In this document: positions 29,175 through 37,531 of the stretch, piece after piece
Layout: the number at the start of each line of letters is the position of its first letter
Numbering within the stretch: position 1 is the first letter of the stretch
Assembly: GCA_963803805.1 (NCBI GenBank)
Contig: CAWDOD010000010.1
Location: 384,001-448,000, forward strand
DNA: 64,000 nt
Source of the DNA: an uncultured cyanobacterium
GTDB lineage: Bacteria; Cyanobacteriota; Cyanobacteriia; Cyanobacteriales; CAWCAG01
Direction: 5' to 3'
Made by a program: the position numbers and the translations under genes
The notes under the pieces: model-generated
Told to the model about the DNA's origin: nothing
Databases searched by the model: none
Seen by the model: the letters and a program-made list of their open reading frames with translations, nothing else

Positions 29175-30568
29175 ATGACAAATCAAGAAATAACTTTGGA
29201 AACAGACGATGTGCAAACAGAAGTACCATCTAGGATTGAATCAGACCTAATTTATGGTCTAGAAGCTCGCCCACCTTTTGTCGAGACAATATTTGTGGCC
29301 TTGCAGCACGTATTTGCCTGTTTTGTAGGAATTATTACCCCTGGATTGATTATTTGTGGTGCTTTAGAAGTACCTCCTGCTGATACTACCTTTATTCTTA
29401 GTATGTCTCTGGTAGTTTCAGGCATTGCAACCTTTATTCAAGCCAAAAGATTTGGCCCTGTGGGTTCAGGTTTACTAAGTGTTCAGGGAACAAGCTTTGC
29501 TTTTCTAGCCCCATTATCGGAGCAGGATTAGCAGTAAAAGGAGCTGGTGGCACTCCTCAAGAAGCCCTAAAACTTATCTTTGGCCTTTGCTTCTTTGGGG
29601 CATTTATCGAAATTTTTATTAGTCGTTTCTTGCACCTAGCTAATAAACTTATTACACCCTTAGTTACAGGAGTGGTAGTAACTCTAATTGGTTTGACTCT
29701 GATTAAAGTGGGTATTACCTCTATGGGTGGTGGTGTACCAGCCCAGAATGCTGAAACTTTCGGTAGCCCAGTTTTTTTAGGGGTAGCATTTTTAGTTTTA
29801 GCAGTAATTATTGCCCTCAATAGCACAACCAATAACTACCTACGGATGGCATCAATTGTCATTGGCTTAGTAGTAGGTTTTCTGGTTTCTATCCCATTAG
29901 GGCTAGTAGATTTTAGCAATTTAGCTAGCTTACCACCCGTTGCTTTGCCGATCCCTTTTCGCTATGGTTTAGGATTTGATTTTGGCGCATTTATTCCTTT
30001 TGCTTTTTTGTACTTAATTACGGCAATTGAGTCTATCGGGGATTTAACAGCTACTTCGGCTATTTCTGGTGAACCAATTGAAGGGCCCATATACTTCAAA
30101 CGCATCAAAGGTGGAATCTTAGGGGACGGGATTAACTCAATTATCGCCGCTTGCTTCAACACCTTCCCTAACACCACCTTTAGTCAGAATAATGGTGTGA
30201 TTCAACTAACCGGAGTAGGAAGTCGCTATGTGGGCTATTTTATCTCCGTAATCTTTGTCATTCTGGGTTTATTCCCCATAGTAGCGGGAGTTTTCCAAGC
30301 CCTACCCCAGCCTGTATTGGGTGGTGCAACCATTGTGATGTTTGGTACAGTAGCCGTAGCAGGAATTAAAATTCTCTCTTGTGTCAATCTTACTAAGCGT
30401 AACTCTATTATCCTCGCCGTATCTCTTGGTTTAGGTTTGGGCGTTACCTTTGTTCCCGAAATCCTAGAGAATATGCCTCCTTTAGTTACAAGCCTTTTCT
30501 CCTCTGGTATTTCAACAGGAGGAGTTAGTGCATTATTGTTGAATTTAATTTTGCCAGGAAGAGAGTAA
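29175..30568 (+). pseudogene. NCS2/NAT xanthine-urate permease split by a 1-nt deletion at 29508-29512
   Basis: ALQH and QGTSFAF are in the first part; the NAT motif TTFSQNNGVIQLTG is in the second. Adding one base in ctagccccatt gives 464 aa (FL-G/A-PIIGAGLAVK). Confidence 0.88.
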
Positions 30569-30571
30569 AAG

Positions 30572-31735
30572 ATGTACCAACTAAAAGCAATTGTAATTGG
30601 CGCAGGTATGGCTGGATTAGCCACAGGAATTGCTTTGCGTCAAGCAGGATATGAAGTAGAAATTTATGAGAAAACCAGAAAGCTTCGTCCTGCGGGGGCG
30701 GGGATTTCTCTTTGGTCTAATGGCATTAAAGTTCTCAATAAATTAGGGCTGGGTAAAGAGGTTGCAGCTATTGGCGGGCAGATGAACCGCATGGAGTATC
30801 GTAACAAACAAGGTGAGGTCTTAAATAATGTTAACTTAATACCTTTAATGGAACAGGTAGGACAAAGACCTTATCCTGTCTCCCGTACCGACTTGCAGCA
30901 GATGATGCTAAATGCTTTTGGTGAAGCAGATGTCCGCATGGGAATGCGTTGTGTGGAAGTTAAGCAGAATGCCGATAGTGCTACAGCAGTGTTTGAAGAT
31001 GGTACTACTGCTACAGGGGATGTGGTCATTGGTGCAGATGGTATACATTCAGTGGTGCGTACTTACTTAAACGGTGACAAAGTTGAACCCCGCTATGCCG
31101 GTTATGTTAACTGGAATGGTTTAGTAGAAGCTAGTCCTGATTTAGCAGAAGGTGATGTTTGGGTAATCTATGTTGGGGAAGGAAAACGCGCTTCGATGAT
31201 GCCTGTGGGAGGAAATAGGTTTTATTTCTTCTGCGGTTGTCCTCAACCTCAAGGGACAAAGACACCTCCAGAAAAGATCCGGGCTGAGTTGCAAGAAATC
31301 TTTGCAGGTTGGGCGCAACCAGTACAAAACTTGATTGCAAAACTTGATCCTCAACAGGTTAACCGTCTGGAAATTAGTGATATTGACCCTCTTGCTAATT
31401 TGGTTGAAGGTAGAATTGCTTTGGTAGGAGACTCTGCTCACGCTACTACTCCTACATTAGGACAGGGAGGTTGCCAAGCGATGGAGGATGCAGAGGTATT
31501 ATGTCGCTATTTGGTAACAACTAATATTAGCGTTGAAGATGCCTTAAAACGTTATGAGGCTGCACGGAAAGAAAGGGTGGCAAAGCTAGTTTTGAAAGCT
31601 CGTAAACGTACAGATACTATTTATAATAAAGAGCCAGATTTAACTCAGCAATGGTATGAGCAATTAAAGCAGGAAGAGGAAAAAGATGTTACTGATGCGA
31701 TCGCGAAAATTATTTTAGGAGGCCCTTTACATTAA
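30572..31735 (+). CDS. hpxO: FAD-dependent urate hydroxylase
   Basis: GAGMAG, ISLWSNG, GQRPYPVSR, RYAGYVNWNGLV, VGEGKRASMMPV, GDSAH..TP.LGQGGC; followed by uraH and uraD. Confidence 0.9.
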   Translation: MYQLKAIVIGAGMAGLATGIALRQAGYEVEIYEKTRKLRPAGAGISLWSNGIKVLNKLGLGKEVAAIGGQMNRMEYRNKQGEVLNNVNLIPLMEQVGQRPYPVSRTDLQQMMLNAFGEADVRMGMRCVEVKQNADSATAVFEDGTTATGDVVIGADGIHSVVRTYLNGDKVEPRYAGYVNWNGLVEASPDLAEGDVWVIYVGEGKRASMMPVGGNRFYFFCGCPQPQGTKTPPEKIRAELQEIFAGWAQPVQNLIAKLDPQQVNRLEISDIDPLANLVEGRIALVGDSAHATTPTLGQGGCQAMEDAEVLCRYLVTTNISVEDALKRYEAARKERVAKLVLKARKRTDTIYNKEPDLTQQWYEQLKQEEEKDVTDAIAKIILGGPLH

Positions 31736-32082
31736 TGTCAGGAAAACTAACAACTCACGTTTTGGATACAGCCAATGGTTGCCCTGGTAAAGGAATTGCG
31801 GTCGCTCTTTGGAATTTGGATTCTAAAACTCTGTTAAAAACAATAGAAACTAATCATGATGGCCGTACCGATGAACCATTATTAAATTCCCAAGAAATGG
31901 AAAAGGGAGTCTATGAATTAGTGTTTAGTGTTGGTGATTATTTTGCCCAATTTTCTACCTATTCTATGCCTCTTTTTTTAGACGAAATTCCCATCCGTTT
32001 TAATATTAATAATATTGGAGTTCACTATCATGTTCCTCTATTAGTTTCTCCTTGGTCTTATAGTACCTATCGAGGAAGCTGA
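31735..32082 (+). CDS. uraH: 5-hydroxyisourate hydrolase
   Basis: LTTHVLDTA, DGR, HYHVPLL, C-terminal YRGS. Confidence 0.96.
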   Translation: MSGKLTTHVLDTANGCPGKGIAVALWNLDSKTLLKTIETNHDGRTDEPLLNSQEMEKGVYELVFSVGDYFAQFSTYSMPLFLDEIPIRFNINNIGVHYHVPLLVSPWSYSTYRGS

Positions 32083-32089
32083 TTAAATA

Positions 32090-32596
32090 ATGAAGGAAAA
32101 GCAATACACAATTGCCAACTTAAATCAGATGTCTCAGGAGGAGTTTACGGCTGCTTTAGGAGATATTTGGGAAGACACACCAGAAATTGCTAAACAATCA
32201 TGGCAAAAGAAACCCTTTGCCAATTTAGAAGATTTGTATCAAGAGATGGTGGCAGTTGTTGATAATATGTCTGACGAAAAAAAGTTAGCCCTCATTCAAG
32301 CCCATCCAGATTTAGGAAGTAAGGCAAAGATGGCAGAAGCTTCAGTCCAAGAACAAGCTGGAGTAGGTTTAGACCGTTTATCAGAGTCAGAATATGAGCA
32401 TTTTTTAGAACTCAACCAAGCTTATCAAAATAAGTTTGGTTTTCCTTTTATAGTGGCAGTTAAATACCATACTAAAGAGAGTATTTTAGCGGACTTTGAA
32501 ACTCGTTTAGAAAACAACCAAGAGCAAGAAAAAAAACAGGCTTTAAAAGAAATTACTAAGATTGCACGACTACGTTTAGAGTCAATGGTGAGCTAA
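32090..32596 (+). CDS. uraD: OHCU decarboxylase
   Basis: AHPDLG, SVQEQAGVGL, YQNKFGFPFIVAV, IARLRL. Confidence 0.95.
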   Translation: MKEKQYTIANLNQMSQEEFTAALGDIWEDTPEIAKQSWQKKPFANLEDLYQEMVAVVDNMSDEKKLALIQAHPDLGSKAKMAEASVQEQAGVGLDRLSESEYEHFLELNQAYQNKFGFPFIVAVKYHTKESILADFETRLENNQEQEKKQALKEITKIARLRLESMVS

Positions 32597-32664
32597 TTAG
32601 CTAGATTTAAAATGCCTGTTTAGTTTGTCTTTGATTACTATATATTCTTGACTTCAAGCCTAAT

Positions 32665-32679
32665 TGTATACTGTATACA
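32665..32679 (-). promoter_or_regulatory. Putative GntR operator, copy 3 (porin promoter region)
   Basis: TGTATACTGTATACA, the reverse complement of TGTATACAGTATACA. Confidence 0.8.
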
Positions 32680-32748
32680 GCAATACTTTTCTAACTAGTT
32701 AAAAATGCTAATTTTACTGATGAGAATTAGTTGGTGTGAGAGGGAAAA

Positions 32749-34581
32749 ATGAGTATCAAAGAAACTTTAAACAGGTTTTATCTTACCAAAAAAAGAATTA
32801 AGTTGATTAATAAATTAAGTTTGTTACTTTTTCCTTTAACCTTATTATCTACGACTACAATTAAAACCCTAGCCTCAGAAGAAATAGTTAACTCCTCCAG
32901 ACTAGAAAGTGCTAACACTTTTGAAAAAATAAATAGCCTTGATGACTCCGATTGGATGTCTCAAGTTACTAACGTAAACCAGTTACGAGATGTATCTCCT
33001 AGAGACTGGGCTTATGAAGCATTACGTTCTTTAGTAGAGGGTTATGGTTGTATCACAGGATTTCCTGACCAAACCTATAGAGGAAACCAACCCTTATCTC
33101 GTTACGAATTTGCTGCGGGTTTAAGTTCTTGTCTTGACAAAATAGAACAACTAACTTTTTCTGAAGGAGTTACTCAGGAAGATTTAGAAAAAATGCAACG
33201 CCTCAGCCAAGAATTTGAGGCAGAACTCGCCATTATTTCTGAGAGAATAGATGACTTAGAAGCGCGTACTAACTTTTTAGAAGAGAATCAGTTTTCGACC
33301 ACAACTAAACTATCTGGTGACATCTTTTTTAACCTAACAGGTGCGGGTGCAGGAGATAATGTTTCTGTCGAAACTAGCTCTCTTAATGCTCCTTTTGCTT
33401 TGCGTCGGGCAGGCAGAGATACTAATAATAACCCCTTAGTTAGTACGGTTACTAATGATCCTGCAACTACTCTGAGCTATTATGCCTGGATTAACTTAAA
33501 TTCTTCTTTCACAGGAAGAGACAACTTAGCTGTTCAGTTAGTAGCAGGTAACGGAATTTCTCCTGTCAATAGCTTTGTTTCCGCCGGACTTTTTAATACC
33601 TTTGGTACTCCTTTTTTAGATCAAACGGGTACATCAAGTGGGGCAGGTAGTGTAGAAATTCGGGAACTATTTTATGATTTTCCTGTCGGAGAAAAACTGC
33701 GGGTAGTAGTTGGACCAAGAATTAATTGGTATCGCTATTTTGATAATAATCGCTATACTTTTTTCCTCACAGGGGCAAGTAGCTTTAACGCTATTGGTGG
33801 TACTTTAGTTAACCCCATTGATCGTGGTTCAGGGGCTGTAGCAACTTATAAAGCTAATGATTGGCTGACTTTTAAATTAGGCTACCTGGGAGAAAATACA
33901 GAGTTTTTACCTGCCCCTTTCTTTAATACCTCTTCTGATCCTAGCAAAGGTTTATTTAGTGGTACACAAACCTTAACTGCTGAAGTAGATTTAGCGATCG
34001 CAGATCAAGCCAACCTTCGCTTAATATACACCAGAGGAACTTTAGACAACAATCAACCCCTTTTTGATACCAATGGCAATCTCACTGGTTTTGGTGTTGG
34101 TGGCGCTACAGGAGAGCCTATCTATGGAGTAGCAGACGATGGTTTTGGTGGTACAATTGGTGATGCTCCCAGTGATACTTTTGCTGTTAACTTTGATTGG
34201 GCAATTACAGAAAGATTCGGCGTTTTTGGGCGATATAACTACGGTAGCACCGACATTTCTCCTCAAAATACTACCAGAAGCTCAGGAGAAGTTAATGCTC
34301 AAGCCTTTCAAGGTGGAGTTGCCTTCCCCGACTTAGGTAAAGAAGGTGCGTTAGGAACTCTTTCTTTTGTGATTCCTTTTGATGTTCTTGATGGAGAAGA
34401 ATTTCTTGCTTCTGGTAATGGTGATGGAGGCACTCAGTATGAGTTTGAAGCTACTTATTTTTATCCAGTTAATCGTAATTTAGCAATTGTTCCGGCCTTT
34501 TATTTCATTGCTAATCCTAACAACTTTGAGAGTAATCCCAGTATTTTTGTGGGTAATTTGCGAATGCAATTTAGGTTTTAA
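32749..34581 (+). CDS. Cyanobacterial SLH + OprB-type outer-membrane porin
   Basis: QVTNVNQLRDVSPRDWAYEAL, SRYEFAAGL, QFSTTTKL, C-terminal F. Confidence 0.92.
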   Translation: MSIKETLNRFYLTKKRIKLINKLSLLLFPLTLLSTTTIKTLASEEIVNSSRLESANTFEKINSLDDSDWMSQVTNVNQLRDVSPRDWAYEALRSLVEGYGCITGFPDQTYRGNQPLSRYEFAAGLSSCLDKIEQLTFSEGVTQEDLEKMQRLSQEFEAELAIISERIDDLEARTNFLEENQFSTTTKLSGDIFFNLTGAGAGDNVSVETSSLNAPFALRRAGRDTNNNPLVSTVTNDPATTLSYYAWINLNSSFTGRDNLAVQLVAGNGISPVNSFVSAGLFNTFGTPFLDQTGTSSGAGSVEIRELFYDFPVGEKLRVVVGPRINWYRYFDNNRYTFFLTGASSFNAIGGTLVNPIDRGSGAVATYKANDWLTFKLGYLGENTEFLPAPFFNTSSDPSKGLFSGTQTLTAEVDLAIADQANLRLIYTRGTLDNNQPLFDTNGNLTGFGVGGATGEPIYGVADDGFGGTIGDAPSDTFAVNFDWAITERFGVFGRYNYGSTDISPQNTTRSSGEVNAQAFQGGVAFPDLGKEGALGTLSFVIPFDVLDGEEFLASGNGDGGTQYEFEATYFYPVNRNLAIVPAFYFIANPNNFESNPSIFVGNLRMQFRF

Positions 34582-34625
34582 TTAAACTAAGCCTTGTTAT
34601 ATTTCTACCCTACTCCTTGCCATAG

Positions 34626-35861
34626 ATGAAATTATCAACAACAACTCAATTACTCGTAAATAGCGATCGCCTCAATCAAAGCATTGCCCGTTTAGCACAA
34701 ATTGGTCAACTACCTAACGGTGGTGTAAAACGTATTGCCTATAGCAAAGAAGATAGAGAAGCCCGTAACCTAATCAGGCACTGGATGGAAGAATCTCAGA
34801 TGCAGGTAAGGATTGATGCAGGGGGTAATATCATTGGCAGATATCCAGGTAAGCATCTTGATGCACCTGCGATCGCAACAGGTTCTCATATTGACACCGT
34901 CCCTTGTGGAGGACATTACGACGGTGCTTATGGAGTATTAGCAGGATTAGAAGTTGTAAGAATTCTCCAAGAAAATCAGCTTAGGCTAGATCCCCCCTTA
35001 GAAGTAATTGTCTTTACCGATGAAGAAGGTAGCATGATTGGTTCTAAAGCTATTTCTGGTAGAGTAATCAAAGACTCAAATTATTATCGTCGCTCTGATG
35101 GTACAGATATTGCCACTTGTTTAGAGAAAGTTGGCGGTAACTGGCATAACATTACTCAAGCCCGTCTCAATCCCCAAGATATCGCTATCTTTGTCGAACT
35201 TCATGTCGAACAAGGGCCTGTACTAGAGTCTATGGGTAAACAAATTGGCGTAGTTGAAGGTATTGTCGGACAAAGAAGATTTGATATTACCGTCAAAGGT
35301 AGCGCCAATCATGCTGGGACAACCCCGATGCAGATGCGTTGTGACGCTTTAGTGGCTGCTTCTCAGGTGGTTTTAGCTGTTAATCAAATTGCTAACAGCC
35401 CTGGACAACAGGTAGCTACAGTAGGGAAAATGGCAGTTTTGCCCAATGCAGCTAATGTTGTTCCTGGTTGGGTAGAAATGAGTTTAGATATTCGTGATTT
35501 ATCTAGCTTACATATAAATAATTTGCTCGAACAGTTACGCCTTCATTTAGAAGAAATTGCTGTTACTACCAATACTCAAATTAGATTGATACCCTGTTTA
35601 GACAACGAACCAGTTTTAGCTGAGCCTTATATCCAAAAGGCGATTGCCCTTAGTTGTGAAAGCCTTAACTTAAGCTATACTCACCTACCCAGTCGTGCTA
35701 GTCATGATGCCCAAGAATTGGCTCAAATTACTGACATGGGAATGATTTTTGTTCCTAGCAAAATGGGAGTCTCCCACGATGCCAGTGAATATACCTCTCC
35801 AGAACAATGTACCCAAGGTGCGAATGTTTTGTTGCAAACATTAATTCACTTAGGTGGTTGA
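34626..35861 (+). CDS. M20 Zn-dependent amidohydrolase (allantoate amidohydrolase / N-carbamoylase family)
   Basis: GSHIDTV, YDG.YGV, DEEG, ELHVEQG, NHAGTTPM, HDA, SH. Confidence 0.88.
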   Translation: MKLSTTTQLLVNSDRLNQSIARLAQIGQLPNGGVKRIAYSKEDREARNLIRHWMEESQMQVRIDAGGNIIGRYPGKHLDAPAIATGSHIDTVPCGGHYDGAYGVLAGLEVVRILQENQLRLDPPLEVIVFTDEEGSMIGSKAISGRVIKDSNYYRRSDGTDIATCLEKVGGNWHNITQARLNPQDIAIFVELHVEQGPVLESMGKQIGVVEGIVGQRRFDITVKGSANHAGTTPMQMRCDALVAASQVVLAVNQIANSPGQQVATVGKMAVLPNAANVVPGWVEMSLDIRDLSSLHINNLLEQLRLHLEEIAVTTNTQIRLIPCLDNEPVLAEPYIQKAIALSCESLNLSYTHLPSRASHDAQELAQITDMGMIFVPSKMGVSHDASEYTSPEQCTQGANVLLQTLIHLGG

Positions 35862-36287
35862 TTGCTTTTGTTTATACATTGCCCAACCGCCCAGATTGGA
35901 AATATCGGGCCAGTTGTGTTTTTCGATTAATTCTTGAGGATAAAGCATGGCGATTGCTTGTTCTCCTCCTTCTAAATCCACCGTATCAGGATACATATGG
36001 GGAGGCTCATTTACCAAGAGATATTCGTACTCTTCCGTTGTCATTTCATAAATTTCCCCAGGAATGCTTACTCCCCCTGTTTCTACAGCATAAATTGCCG
36101 GATGCCAGCCATTTTCTGCGGCATGGAGGCGATATTTAGGAAGGGTTTTTGCTGCCTTAATGAACTTTGCAGACTGGAGATTTTGATGGTCTGGCTGACC
36201 TTTTAAAGCTGAACCACAGATAAAAACTTGCTTGATGCTTGATTCTGTTATTGTCATGAATTCATCTAGATATTTAAGAGATGCCAA
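35850..36287 (-). CDS. Stand-alone allophanate hydrolase C-terminal-like (gamma-glutamylcyclotransferase fold) protein
   Basis: ICGSALKGQPDHQNL, KYRL, IPGEIY and DISNLGGW follow the pattern of the allophanate hydrolase C-domain. It overlaps the gntR stop and is co-oriented with it. Confidence 0.7.
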   Translation of the reverse strand: MASLKYLDEFMTITESSIKQVFICGSALKGQPDHQNLQSAKFIKAAKTLPKYRLHAAENGWHPAIYAVETGGVSIPGEIYEMTTEEYEYLLVNEPPHMYPDTVDLEGGEQAIAMLYPQELIEKHNWPDISNLGGWAMYKQKQSTT

Positions 36288-36960
36288 TATTATTAATAAT
36301 TTCCAGTTCCTGCACTACTCTGACTTTACTAGCTATTAAATGTTCTGTAATCGTTTCTTGAGCAAAATTTGCATCTCCACCGGCGATCGCTTCATAAATT
36401 TGTCTATGTTCAAGACGAATTTCTAATACTTGGGGGTTATGTTTGGTGGTTTGTATTCTTAACAATGCCATTTTGTCAAAAACTTGTTCTAACAAAGTTA
36501 ATAGCCATTGATTACCAGAACTTTCTGCAATTAAATGATGAAATTGATAGTCTATTTCTAGTAGTTGAAGGGTATTAGATTTATCCTGCTGAGACTCTAG
36601 CAACTTCTCTGCCAAAAGTACGCATTTTTCTAATTTTTTTAGTTGTTTGGAGGTGATTTGTTCGCAAGCATCCGCAGCAGAAAGTTTCTCTAAAGCCATA
36701 CGACAATCATAAAGTTGTATGGCATCCTGAACAGAAAGGGTAGCGACCCTAAAACCGCCATTAGGGTTAGATACTATTAATTTTTCTCGTTGCAGTTGAC
36801 CGATTGCTTCACGAATGGGGGTGCGGCTAACCTGTAATTGTTCGGCTAATTTCGTTTCTACTACTCTTTCTCCTGAAGCTAAATCTCCTTTAAGAATAAT
36901 TTTTCTCAAAGCTTGATATACTTGTTGCCGTAAAGATTGACTTCTTTGAATAGCGAGCAT
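36274..36960 (-). CDS. GntR/FadR-subfamily (FCD) transcriptional regulator
   Basis: LAEQLQVSRTPIREA HTH, DYQFHHLI..SGN, EHRQIYEAI, EH. Confidence 0.93.
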   Translation of the reverse strand: MLAIQRSQSLRQQVYQALRKIILKGDLASGERVVETKLAEQLQVSRTPIREAIGQLQREKLIVSNPNGGFRVATLSVQDAIQLYDCRMALEKLSAADACEQITSKQLKKLEKCVLLAEKLLESQQDKSNTLQLLEIDYQFHHLIAESSGNQWLLTLLEQVFDKMALLRIQTTKHNPQVLEIRLEHRQIYEAIAGGDANFAQETITEHLIASKVRVVQELEIINNIGIS

Positions 36961-37017
36961 AACCTGAGTTTTTACTTGGGAAAGACTATTAAATGGTTAA
37001 GTGTTTTTATCCTTTGA

Positions 37018-37030
37018 GTATACAGTATAC
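37018..37030. promoter_or_regulatory. Putative GntR operator, copy 4 (autoregulatory)
   Basis: GTATACAGTATAC about 57 nt upstream of the gntR ATG. Confidence 0.8.
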
Positions 37031-37038
37031 GAGACACG

Positions 37039-37106
37039 AGGAACAAACAATTTTAAAACTCAATTTCCACCGAATCTCCCGAAGTATCATCATTAGAATG
37101 CCCTAA
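37039..37106 (+). pseudogene. Displaced second copy of the helicase gene 3' end (right boundary of the island)
   Basis: Translates EQTILKLNFHRISRSIIIRMP* versus the helicase EQITLEVNFHRISRTIVLKF. Confidence 0.88.
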
Positions 37107-37531
37107 CTATAGCTTAGGGATGAGGTGAAGTGTTTTTTCTTTATACATACTGACAGTTGTACTTAAAAAAGTAATCTGCTAGGGTGGAATTTCAGACTAA
37201 AATCTTCCCCTTTATACACAAAATCACAAAAGAAACAGCATTACTTCCAATTACTTATCTGTAAACCTCAATAGCCCTACATATTGGTATAAATAAATGT
37301 TAAGTACCAAATCCAGACAGAATGGTCAATGTAGCTCTCAACGACTCAACTAATCTGGGCAATTTCAATCAATTAAGGCTATCATTGCCACATATTTGTG
37401 CTTCTATATTGAGTTTAAGAAACTGTCAGTTTACGTTTATTATCATCAGGCATCAGCAGTAGCATCTCAGTTTCAGATATTTATAGGATCTAAAGAATCC
37501 CGAAATTCTAGGTTAGAGTTCGTAGGCAAGA

